Position numbers and translations under genes: made by a program. The notes beneath the pieces are model-generated. The model did not search any database. It was not told where the DNA came from and was given only the letters and a program-made list of their open reading frames with translations. From Hadesarchaea archaeon (GTDB lineage Archaea; Hadarchaeota; Hadarchaeia; Hadarchaeales; Hadarchaeaceae): a stretch of DNA of 35,382 nucleotides. Below are positions 1-7,724 of this stretch, in pieces. Position 1 is the stretch's first letter; each line of letters opens with the position of its first letter. The DNA lies in assembly GCA_014361095.1 (NCBI GenBank), contig JACIWF010000002.1:1-35382 (forward strand). Reading direction: 5' to 3'.

Positions 1-255
1 TTTGGATAGGATTTTTCCTTCACCAAGTATCTCAATCACCTCGCGATAACTTTCAGGTTTCCTCAGTCCCTCAAGCGAGATTATCATTTCCCCCACATCA
101 AAAACACACTCCAGCGCTAAGGAAAGATACCTCTCAACTGCTCCCCTTAGGGTGGGGTCCTCCTTCACCTCTTCAAAACTACGTTTCTGGTACTCTCTTA
201 ATAGCTTTAGATAATCGGCGAGCATCTCTAGCTTTGTCAGGATTTCGCTCTTCAT
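1..255 (-). CDS. HEPN/DUF86 (HepT-like) toxin, N-terminal 85 codons; the gene runs off the left edge
   Basis: Absent from the ORF track because no stop lies inside the window. The minus-strand ATG at 253-255 overlaps the stop of the upstream nucleotidyltransferase (ATGA). Translation MKSEILTKLEMLADYLKLLREYQKRSFEEVKEDPTLRGAVERYLSLALECVFDVGEMIISLEGLRKPESYREVIEILGEGKILSK is typical of DUF86 proteins. The RxxxxH motif would lie beyond the edge. Confidence 0.75.
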   Translation of the reverse strand, partial: MKSEILTKLEMLADYLKLLREYQKRSFEEVKEDPTLRGAVERYLSLALECVFDVGEMIISLEGLRKPESYREVIEILGEGKILSK

Positions 256-662
256 GAAAATCCCTTCTCAGCTATCCTCGCCAATCGCAGTGAGGTGTGG
301 CGGTCGATTGAGGGCTTCCTGTCGAGGTACTTTGAGAGAACGGCGGCTTCAAACTTCACCTTTGCCTGTTTTTCTGACTTTAGGGGCTTTCCGCCTCTGA
401 TAATGTTGTAGTTAAGCAAGAGAGGGGCATCGTTCATCACGATCAGATCCACTTTATCCGTTTTCAATGCCGAGGCCAGTTTGCTCACGAGTTCGAGTTG
501 CAGTTTAAATCTTTGCTCCTCCGAAAGAGAATCATCGAGATAAACCCCTATGTCGATGTCGCTCAATTTCCCCGCATCTCCCCTTGCTGCCGAGCCGAAG
601 AGATATGCTAATTTTACCTGCTTTTCCCTCCGGAGGAGTTCAACTGCTTTTTTCATTTTCAT
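252..662 (-). CDS. MNT-type nucleotidyltransferase (antitoxin partner of HEPN)
   Basis: Contains LFGSAARGD...SDIDIGVYL, the GSxxRG and DxD signature of minimal nucleotidyltransferases. About 136 aa, directly upstream of and overlapping a DUF86 ORF. Confidence 0.85.
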   Translation of the reverse strand: MKMKKAVELLRREKQVKLAYLFGSAARGDAGKLSDIDIGVYLDDSLSEEQRFKLQLELVSKLASALKTDKVDLIVMNDAPLLLNYNIIRGGKPLKSEKQAKVKFEAAVLSKYLDRKPSIDRHTSLRLARIAEKGFS

Positions 663-867
663 CCCATCACACGTTAAACTAAGCAGTCTCCTTTTAAAAC
701 TTTGAATAAGTTCCGCTGGAAGTGCCTGAAGCTTCTTTGCAGATGACAGATTTCTGTGGAAAAATGTCGCGAAAAAAGGTCTTCTGGCGCTCTAGACTAC
801 GTCTGTCACTGACTGCGGATGCTAGGTTTTCAGTCCTCACTTTACGAGGCATCCTATTGAAACACTG

Positions 868-1638
868 TTACCCACTCAGAAACGGCACCAGAAACATCCT
901 GACCCCGATGACGACAAAGACAACCGCCAGAATCCTCCGCAGGGTCGCCGGTTGGGTCCTCTTGGAAAGATAGGGTCCGATCTGCCCGCCGATCAAGCTG
1001 CCCAGGGTCAGCGGCAACGCGTAATCCAGCAGGACATTCCCCATCAGCCAGTGTGGTATGACGGCGGCCACGGTGGTGATGGCCATGCCGAACATCGCCG
1101 TCCCCGCGGAAAGGCGAATGCTCATGCCGATCATCATGATCATGACCAGCTCATCGATAATGCCGCCGCCAACCCCGAACATCCCGGAGACAATCCCGCT
1201 GGCGAGGCTTCCGAGGACGCAGGCAGCGACCACGCGCCGGTTAAGCTGCAGCTGGCCCGCCAATTCCACCTCGCGGCCTGAATTCCTCCGTTGAATCATC
1301 CGAACGGCGAGCAGAATCAGCAGCCCGCCGAACATCGCGGCCAGCCAGTTTGAGGCGATCAGCGCGGTGAGGTAGGCTCCAAGAAAAGCCCCCGGGACAT
1401 CCAGGGTGTCGAGCAGCAGGCCCACTTTGAAATGGATCTTCCGCTGCGCTGCATAGGCCAGCGTCGAGGAGATCGCGGTGAACATCACGGTGAAGAGGCT
1501 GACCCCGATGGCCTTCTGCGTGGGCAGCCCAAAGGCCAGCACCAGGAGGGGCACGATGAAGGAGCCTCCCACCAGCCCGATCATGGAGAAGAAGGTGGCT
1601 ATCAGCAGCCCGATGGGAATTAAAATTAGCTCCAGCAT
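868..1638 (-). CDS. TSUP/TauE-SafE family anion exporter membrane protein
   Basis: Polytopic, Gly-rich hydrophobic protein (GGSFIVPLLVLAFGLP, GVGGGII) typical of DUF81/TauE. The ATG at 1638 (MLELIL...) is preferred over the TTG at 1665 used in the track. Confidence 0.8.
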   Translation of the reverse strand: MLELILIPIGLLIATFFSMIGLVGGSFIVPLLVLAFGLPTQKAIGVSLFTVMFTAISSTLAYAAQRKIHFKVGLLLDTLDVPGAFLGAYLTALIASNWLAAMFGGLLILLAVRMIQRRNSGREVELAGQLQLNRRVVAACVLGSLASGIVSGMFGVGGGIIDELVMIMMIGMSIRLSAGTAMFGMAITTVAAVIPHWLMGNVLLDYALPLTLGSLIGGQIGPYLSKRTQPATLRRILAVVFVVIGVRMFLVPFLSG

Positions 1639-1797
1639 CTGACTCACTTTATGAACCGAAATCAATGTCCCTGCTCTTAAAATTTCGCCAACTCAGAAGA
1701 ACCCTATTTCAGGAACAAAAACCGGAATTAGGCTCTGGTTGTAGCGAAAAAGGCACTTTTCAGCGGGAAAATCTCGATATCTGAAAAGACGGAGCAG

Positions 1798-2037
1798 TCA
1801 CCCCAGCTGTCCCAGCTCCCTCCCGATCTCGAGGATCGCCCAAGCCCAGATCAAACACTCAAAGCCCCTGATCAAATCGCCCTGCCTGCTGAAATGGTCC
1901 GAATCCTCCCGGTAAGCCTGGATGTTTTCCAGCATCTTGCCCCCTCTTTCTCCCAATGGTCTAATGCCAGCGAGGGCCTCATCCAGCCGCCGCGACCACT
2001 TCTCAATCTCCGCCCTCAGCTCATCCTCAAGGCCCAT
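1798..2037 (-). CDS. Small conserved archaeal protein, DUF357-like
   Basis: 79 aa helical protein with an AYREDSDHFSRQGDLIRGFECLIWAWAILEIG pattern resembling DUF357. It overlaps the upstream gene end by 11 nt. The family assignment is from memory only. Confidence 0.45.
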   Translation of the reverse strand: MGLEDELRAEIEKWSRRLDEALAGIRPLGERGGKMLENIQAYREDSDHFSRQGDLIRGFECLIWAWAILEIGRELGQLG

Positions 2038-2713
2038 CCTGAACCACCAGGTCCGCCTCAGGGGGAATTCCGATGTTCACCACCAAAAGCTCACCGACCA
2101 GATCCTCGCGGAGCAACAGCCCTCTCTTCGGCCGGTGGAAGGTGATCGTGGCGTTCGCCCTCACCGCCCGCCCGCAGACCTCTCCGGTGAGCGGGTCCAG
2201 CCCCGAGGGAACATCGACCGCGAGCTTGTAGGCCCGGCTGTGGTTGATCATGTCGATGACCGAGGCGTGCGGCTCCCTGAGCTGCCCTTTGATCCCGGTG
2301 CCGAAGATGGCGTCAATGATGAGGTCGGCCTCGGAGAGCGCCTGCCTGAGCTTCTTCATGAAAGACTCATCTGAAAGGCTGACCAGCTCCACGCTCTTTT
2401 TCATCTCCTTTATTATCCTCAGATTGTGCGAGGCCTCGGCGGTCTTCACCTCTTCCTCCCTGCCCAGCAAGAAGACCTTGACGATTGACTCATAGGCGGC
2501 CAGGTGCCTTGCAGCCACGAAGCCGTCGCCGCCGTTGTTCCCGGTCCCCGCGACAACAACCACCTTCATTCCGGCAGGGTCCATCCGGGCGACGAAATCG
2601 GCCACACCCTTGCCCGCGTTCTCCATCAGCTGCAGCCTGGAAACGCCCAGCCTTTCGGCCCTCTCCTCAATCGCCCTCATCTCCTCAGGGGTTATCGCCG
2701 ATTCATATGCCAC
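2027..2713 (-). CDS. NAD(P)H-hydrate epimerase (YjeF N-terminal domain family)
   Basis: Contains the GTGNNGGDGFVAARHL signature and has the YjeF_N length of about 228 aa. GTG start. Confidence 0.85.
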   Translation of the reverse strand: MAYESAITPEEMRAIEERAERLGVSRLQLMENAGKGVADFVARMDPAGMKVVVVAGTGNNGGDGFVAARHLAAYESIVKVFLLGREEEVKTAEASHNLRIIKEMKKSVELVSLSDESFMKKLRQALSEADLIIDAIFGTGIKGQLREPHASVIDMINHSRAYKLAVDVPSGLDPLTGEVCGRAVRANATITFHRPKRGLLLREDLVGELLVVNIGIPPEADLVVQDGP

Positions 2714-3480
2714 TGCAGGACCTCCTTTGGTGCTCTGGCGAAGACCTCGAGCGCCTCGGCCTCAACAAAGTGCAACCTGCCGGGAACCACCAGCAGGTGC
2801 GGCGGGGGGCCGAAGTCCTCGCTCCGGAGACTCTCCGCCCGATCCGCGCGAACGACGCAATCGCTGGCTCCCGCCCGGGCCACCACGGCTAGGAGCCGAT
2901 CGGGGGTGAAAATCTCCCCCCTCAGCTTCTCTTCCATCCCGATCATCACCTCGACCGCCTCGTTGGCCGTCATCGCCCTCTCCTCCCTCAGGTCAAGGAA
3001 TAACATCGTGTGCCAGCCGTGTCTTAAATTTTCCGCCGTGATCTCATAGGGTCTAGTTGAGAGGTTGTCCAGAAAGGGAACTGTTGCCGAAGGGCCGAAC
3101 TTGTAGCTCTGCAGTCCGAGCAATCCAGCGGCTGCGGAGGCAATCGAGGCGGCATGAATGATCTTGGTTTCGACGCCGGCTCTCGCGGCACGGAGACGCA
3201 GGTCCACGTGTGTGGTCGCAACCATCGGGTCACCAGGAACGAGAAACGATACTTTTCCCTGTTTGGCGGCTTCCAAGATTTCCTGGGGATTCTCCTCCAC
3301 GATCTTCCGGCTGACTATCTTGACCGGCTTTCCGATCCTCCGCTCCAGCTGGGCGATATCCAGGCCCGGAATCAGGCTGGTGTACAGCTCCGCATAAACG
3401 ACTTCTGCCTCCTGCGCCTCCCTGAGCCCTCGAAGCGAGATGCCCTCGGAACCAAGGCCCAGCCCGATAAAAGTTAACAT
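2692..3480 (-). CDS. dphB: Diphthine synthase
   Basis: MLTFIGLGLG...VVYAELYTS...LVPGDPMVATTH...; tetrapyrrole-methylase fold with the archaeal Dph5 pattern, 262 aa. Confidence 0.9.
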   Translation of the reverse strand: MLTFIGLGLGSEGISLRGLREAQEAEVVYAELYTSLIPGLDIAQLERRIGKPVKIVSRKIVEENPQEILEAAKQGKVSFLVPGDPMVATTHVDLRLRAARAGVETKIIHAASIASAAAGLLGLQSYKFGPSATVPFLDNLSTRPYEITAENLRHGWHTMLFLDLREERAMTANEAVEVMIGMEEKLRGEIFTPDRLLAVVARAGASDCVVRADRAESLRSEDFGPPPHLLVVPGRLHFVEAEALEVFARAPKEVLQWHMNRR

Positions 3481-3867
3481 TCTCTCCTGTGAAACTGTAT
3501 GGGGAAATCATCCTTTTTTCACTTTTGTTCAACTCAATCTTAGACAATATCAATCGGCTTTAAGTAAACAATCGGGCAAATGATGGTCTCGTAATCAAAA
3601 ATGAAGATGTCAATGAAAACTAGGCTGCTGGTCCCTTTAAAGAAAGACAACAGTCCAGCACTCGACGATACCAAATACAGCGAATATGATAACATCCGCG
3701 ACCCCGAGTGTCATAGAAATTAGTTATAAGTCATTACTGCTATTCATAAATCCGCTCCATACCAATACTTTTGGATTTGAAGCCCCGCAACAAACTTAGA
3801 GTAGTCTGAATTTACACCCTAGTTAGAAACTACGTGGCCTTGGGAAAATCTGCTACAACAACCTAAA

Positions 3868-5295
3868 TCATTCAAAAAAAGTAGATATAATTTCCTTAGG
3901 TGGCCTGGGTGTCAGATAAGCTGTGATAATTGTGACGGGGATGCCAACCACAACGGCAATTATAGATGCATCTATGCCAAAAGGCGAACGAAGTGCCGTC
4001 CAAACCCCGAACGAAACCATTGAAGAGATAATCCCTGCCAGTGCCGATTCCTTGTTCATTCTCTTCCAATATAAACCTCCGTAGATCAAGATAAAGAAAA
4101 GCACACCCATTCCTCCCATCGTCCAAGCTATCCATGTAGCAAGCAGCTCCGGAGGCCATAAGGAGAGTATTATAGTAACTACCATTATCAAAATGATGGC
4201 AAGTTTCGAAATTATTAAGGTTTTCTTCTCGGAAACTTTGGGATTTACGCCATTCTTATAGATATCATTCGCCACGGCCCCGCCGCTAATTAAGAGAGTC
4301 GTGTTAACCGTTGACAGTATGGCTGCGATCAAGGAAATAAAGATAAATCCACCCAACAGGGCAGGCACAAAATTTGTAACCAATAAAGGCAAACTCATGT
4401 CTGCCTTGATGTCGGGAAGAAGCACCCTTCCAGCTATTCCCCAGATCATAACGATGGGAACGATAAGGGCATTTGCGGCAATGACAATAAGGTAAGCTCG
4501 ACGGAGAGAATTTTCGCTTTTAGCCGCCATGAATTGAATCATGGTGTGCGGTCTTGCCAGGGATCCTATGAACATGGAGAAAAATAGACCCAATATTGCT
4601 ATCGGCCCAAACGTTCCCCAAGGACTCCATCCTGCCGGGTTCGCTGCTGCATAGGCTGCATTCATGGCATCGAACCCCCCAACCATCTGTAAAATAAATG
4701 GGGTCATGGCCAGAGTACCAATGAGCAGGATCCATCCTTGAATGAAATCCGTGTAAGCTACACTGTACAGTCCTGCAACAGTTACATATATCATCGTTAT
4801 TAAACCGAAAATTACAACTCCCCACTCATACGTCAACCCCAAGGATGCAAAAATTACGCCGCCGCCCTTGAGCTGAGAGACCATAAAAGGAATGTAAAGT
4901 AATACCAGCAGCGCGGCGGTTATGATCAAAACAGACTTACTGTTAAACCTTTTCAGTAAAAAATCTGGAAGTGTAAGTGCTCCCGTCTTTTTTGAAAGCC
5001 GCCTCAACCGTGGAGCAAGTATCGGCACGGCGATTAAATTGCCTGCTATCGAGCCTATACTGAACCAAAGTGCTGAATATCCACCAACATACCCAAATCC
5101 AACTATACCTAAGAATAAGCCAGCACTAAACGCCGATGCAAAAACAGAGAATCCTACAAAGGCACCCCTCAAACTTCTGCCGGCAACATAATAATCAGCT
5201 ACTCCCTTTATTTTTTTTCTTCCAATTTCTCCGGCCAGCAACATCAAGATAATATAAACCACGATCGCTACCAGATATTCCAACTTAAAAGCCAC
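3868..5295 (-). CDS. Sodium:solute symporter (SSS) family transporter
   Basis: 475 aa polytopic protein. The N-terminus ...GVADYYVAGRSLRG... is characteristic of the SSS family. The GTG start immediately follows the stop of the small upstream ORF. Confidence 0.85.
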   Translation of the reverse strand: MAFKLEYLVAIVVYIILMLLAGEIGRKKIKGVADYYVAGRSLRGAFVGFSVFASAFSAGLFLGIVGFGYVGGYSALWFSIGSIAGNLIAVPILAPRLRRLSKKTGALTLPDFLLKRFNSKSVLIITAALLVLLYIPFMVSQLKGGGVIFASLGLTYEWGVVIFGLITMIYVTVAGLYSVAYTDFIQGWILLIGTLAMTPFILQMVGGFDAMNAAYAAANPAGWSPWGTFGPIAILGLFFSMFIGSLARPHTMIQFMAAKSENSLRRAYLIVIAANALIVPIVMIWGIAGRVLLPDIKADMSLPLLVTNFVPALLGGFIFISLIAAILSTVNTTLLISGGAVANDIYKNGVNPKVSEKKTLIISKLAIILIMVVTIILSLWPPELLATWIAWTMGGMGVLFFILIYGGLYWKRMNKESALAGIISSMVSFGVWTALRSPFGIDASIIAVVVGIPVTIITAYLTPRPPKEIISTFFE

Positions 5296-5406
5296 TTAAT
5301 CCTCCTCGTCTTTTTTCCCTTTCCAAATAAACAAGTAAACTAATAAAGCAATTACAAAGATAATGGGGAAGTAACCCATCATCATCCAGACCCATAATGG
5401 CGTCAT
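5296..5406 (-). CDS. Symporter small accessory membrane peptide (36 aa)
   Basis: Absent from the ORF track (under 60 aa). Translation is MTPLWVWMMMGYFPIIFVIALLVYLFIWKGKKDEED: one TM helix plus a charged tail. GGAG lies 4 nt upstream of the ATG. The TAA stop abuts the GTG start of the SSS transporter. Such mini-proteins commonly precede SSS genes. Confidence 0.55.
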   Translation of the reverse strand: MTPLWVWMMMGYFPIIFVIALLVYLFIWKGKKDEED

Positions 5407-5993
5407 TCTCTCCAATTTTGTTTTTACTGATACTATTTAAAGGTTTTTGAAGTCTTAGGGATTGAAATAATAAATAAGTTCTTTCTTCGTAACGTGGAAG
5501 TAAATTAGGTGCAAGGGTTAAGCCAAGAGAACAAACAACATCTTGAGCCACTCGTCTTTATCAACAACTAGAGCTGTGCGAGCGAGCCAATGATACGAAA
5601 TCTCACAAACCTTGCTGGCGACTTTTAGATGCCATGATATCATCGGACTATTTTTATTTCCAGTCCCCTATCCTCAGCTTTCCCACCGATTTTTACCATC
5701 GCACTGAAATCTAAGCAGAATTTTATTTTATTGTTATTTTCTTTAAAGCCGTGGTCGATGTACACAATTGCGGTTCTTACTACGACCGACATATCCTATC
5801 AAAATCAGTCCTTGAACCGATGAAACCCGATCTTAAAGGCAAACTTTTCTGCTGAACAAAATAAAGCGTTACTTAAATGAAAAAGCGAAACCTCAGATTT
5901 GATCTAAACACGAGCTTTAGAAACCAAACAGTTTAACTCCTAATGAAATAACAATAATAAATACTTAATTAGCTGTTTGATAAAATTAATGAA

Positions 5994-6106
5994 GGGCCCG
6001 TGGCTCAGTCTGGCAGATGCAGGTTGCAGCCAAAAGCAATCGGCTCTTAACGGTCGATTGGGAGCTGACCGATCGGTCGTGGGTTCGAATCCCACCGGGC
6101 CCGCCA
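5994..6106 (+). tRNA. tRNA-Lys (anticodon CUU) with two 18-nt introns and genomically encoded CCA
   Basis: Manual cloverleaf:
- Acceptor stem: GGGCCCG (5994-6000) pairs with CGGGCCC (6096-6102); discriminator G; CCA at 6104-6106.
- D arm: stem GCTC (6003-6006) pairs with GAGC, which is only formed after removing 6017-6034; D loop AGUCUGGCA.
- Anticodon arm: stem ATCGG (6039-6043) pairs with CCGAT (6069-6073); loop CTCTTAA, restored after removing 6050-6067.
- Variable loop CGGTC.
- T arm: GTGGG-TTCGAAT-CCCAC (6079-6095).

The mature length is 74 nt plus CCA. Confidence 0.85.
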
Positions 6107-6180
6107 TAAAATTATAGGGCTTCTCAACCGCCCTTCAAATAATCTGCTGCCTATTCGCCCGCTAGTTCAAACAATCCGCT

Positions 6181-7239
6181 TTACTCTGTTCTAACTACCC
6201 GTGCTGCCGCCTTTCTGAGCCTGTTCATGATGGCGAGGCCGATGCCGGTTGGTTCCACCCCCTCAGCCAGAATCACGTCCACTTTTTCCCCATCAAACTC
6301 CCTGAGGGTTCTGAAGAGTCCCTTGGCAATCGTCCTGAGGTTTTTGCGTTCTCCGACAACCTTCACCATTTCGGCCCCATATTCTCCCGCCGTCTCTACC
6401 GTCGCCATGATGCCGACCTTTTTTCCCTGCTGCTCATAACTGGCCCTAAGCTCCTTGATTTTAGCGACGACCTGCTGTGGCGTCCCCTCGACCAGCACCA
6501 GTTCTGCCCTCGGAGCATAATGTCGATATCTCATGCCTGGAGCTTTGGCGATGACGGCTTCTGCGGGTATCTCCGCCCTCGCGATCGGATGAATCTCAAC
6601 CCTACCCAGGATTTCTTTTAGCTCCCCCACCGTTATTGGCCCCGGCCTCAGGACCACGGGTGGATCAACCGTCATGTCGAGAACCGTGGACTCAACACCA
6701 TAGCCCACCTCGCCGCCGTCGATCACTACCTCTATTCTGCCGGAAAGGTCATCCAGCACATGTTTGGCCGAAGTTGGGCTCGGCCTGCCGGCTAGATTGG
6801 CGCTGGGGGCAGCTACCGGCACGTCGGCCTCACTTATCAGAGCTTGGGCGATGGGATGGCTGGGCATCCTTACCGCGACGGTGGCCAGCCCCGCGGTGGT
6901 GGCCGCAGGAACCAGCTCTGATTTCGGCAGCAGCAGTGTCAGCGGGCCGGGCCAAAAACTGTCGATGAGCCTCCTCGCCTTGCTGGGCACTCTTTCGGCG
7001 AGTAAGTTGACATCATCCTTGTTGGCAATGTGAACGATAAGGGGGTTGTCCTTAGGCCTGTTCTTTACCTGGAAAATCCTTAAAACTGGCGCCTCATCAA
7101 GCGCGTTTGCACCCAACCCATACACCGTTTCAGTCGGGAACGCGACCAAGCCCCCCTCCCTGAGCACTTTCGCTGCAATTCGGATCTTTTCCGGCTCAGG
7201 CTGCTCCGGATTTACTGTCAGCACAGCAGTTTCAGCCAA
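6181..7239 (-). CDS. L-threonylcarbamoyladenylate synthase (Sua5/TsaC with C-terminal Sua5 domain)
   Basis: Has the FPTETVYGLGANALD motif and the two-domain Sua5 length of 352 aa. TTG start. Confidence 0.9.
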   Translation of the reverse strand: MAETAVLTVNPEQPEPEKIRIAAKVLREGGLVAFPTETVYGLGANALDEAPVLRIFQVKNRPKDNPLIVHIANKDDVNLLAERVPSKARRLIDSFWPGPLTLLLPKSELVPAATTAGLATVAVRMPSHPIAQALISEADVPVAAPSANLAGRPSPTSAKHVLDDLSGRIEVVIDGGEVGYGVESTVLDMTVDPPVVLRPGPITVGELKEILGRVEIHPIARAEIPAEAVIAKAPGMRYRHYAPRAELVLVEGTPQQVVAKIKELRASYEQQGKKVGIMATVETAGEYGAEMVKVVGERKNLRTIAKGLFRTLREFDGEKVDVILAEGVEPTGIGLAIMNRLRKAAARVVRTE

Positions 7240-7461
7240 TTCATCACCGCATCATTTCATTGAAGATAGCGCTCTCCGGATTTGAATGCCTAACGGCGCA
7301 CCAGATTAACTTCCCACAGAGCCAAACTTCTAACTACTTCTTGATCCTTTTTCGCGTCGATTTTTTGGACGCCTTAGAGAGACCACGATATTTGAAACTA
7401 AAAGGAATAGCACAACCGCTCCGCCACCAAGAAAAGAGCCCCTGACGGCAAAGAATTCCGA

Positions 7462-7623
7462 TTACTCCTCTTCCTTCTTCTCCTCTTTGCCCTTGACTCC
7501 TTTAGCCAAACCTTTTCCAATCCCCTTGGCTATTCCCCAGCCCTTCTTCACTCCCTTGCCCAAAAGCTCTCCCGTCTTCTCGGCCGTCTCCTCCGCCTTG
7601 CCCTTCTTTTTCTCCTCAACCAT
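7462..7623 (-). CDS. Hypothetical small Lys/Gly-rich protein (53 aa)
   Basis: Absent from the ORF track. Translation is MVEEKKKGKAEETAEKTGELLGKGVKKGWGIAKGIGKGLAKGVKGKEEKKEEE. GGTGAGG lies just upstream of the ATG. It is on the same strand as, and downstream of, the primase-polymerase gene. Low-complexity sequence, so coding status is uncertain. Confidence 0.3.
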   Translation of the reverse strand: MVEEKKKGKAEETAEKTGELLGKGVKKGWGIAKGIGKGLAKGVKGKEEKKEEE

Positions 7624-7724
7624 CTGGCCTCACCAAAAGGACCTATACTTGCTCTAGTTAATGAGTGAAGGCCAACTATATCATCCCGGCCCATCCGGTC
7701 AAAACACCAGAAGAGTGAATACTT

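Noticed and set aside
722-973. 83-aa plus-strand ORF in and next to the MNT/TSUP spacer
   Set aside because: It overlaps the TSUP gene's 3' end antisense. It has no RBS and no motifs, and the sequence is R/L/T-rich.
2485-3049. Three overlapping plus-strand ORFs of 124-181 aa
   Set aside because: They are antisense to the NnrE and diphthine synthase genes. The sequences are P/R/S-rich and low-complexity. They cannot all be real, and none has motif support.
3230-3553. 107-aa minus-strand ORF overlapping the diphthine synthase start
   Set aside because: It is out of frame with dphB over most of its length and G/R/P-rich. The dphB start MLTFIGLGLG is canonical.
3481-3867. Possible C/D-box sRNA (AATGATGG at about 3577 and ATGAAGATG nearby) or other ncRNA in the long spacer
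   Set aside because: No properly spaced CTGA D or D' boxes or terminal stem could be found. A similar check at 5630-5710 (ATGATAT ... CTGA) lacked internal boxes. The evidence is insufficient.
5285-5551. 88-aa minus-strand ORF upstream of the SSS transporter
   Set aside because: The sequence is not protein-like. A different frame of the same region gives a clean 36-aa TM peptide with an RBS and stop-start abutment to the transporter, and I prefer that.
5407-5993. Integrated-element remnant next to tRNA-Lys
   Set aside because: There is no integrase or recombinase ORF, and scanning the block by eye found no direct repeat of either tRNA end. I kept it only as a compositional observation in the findings.
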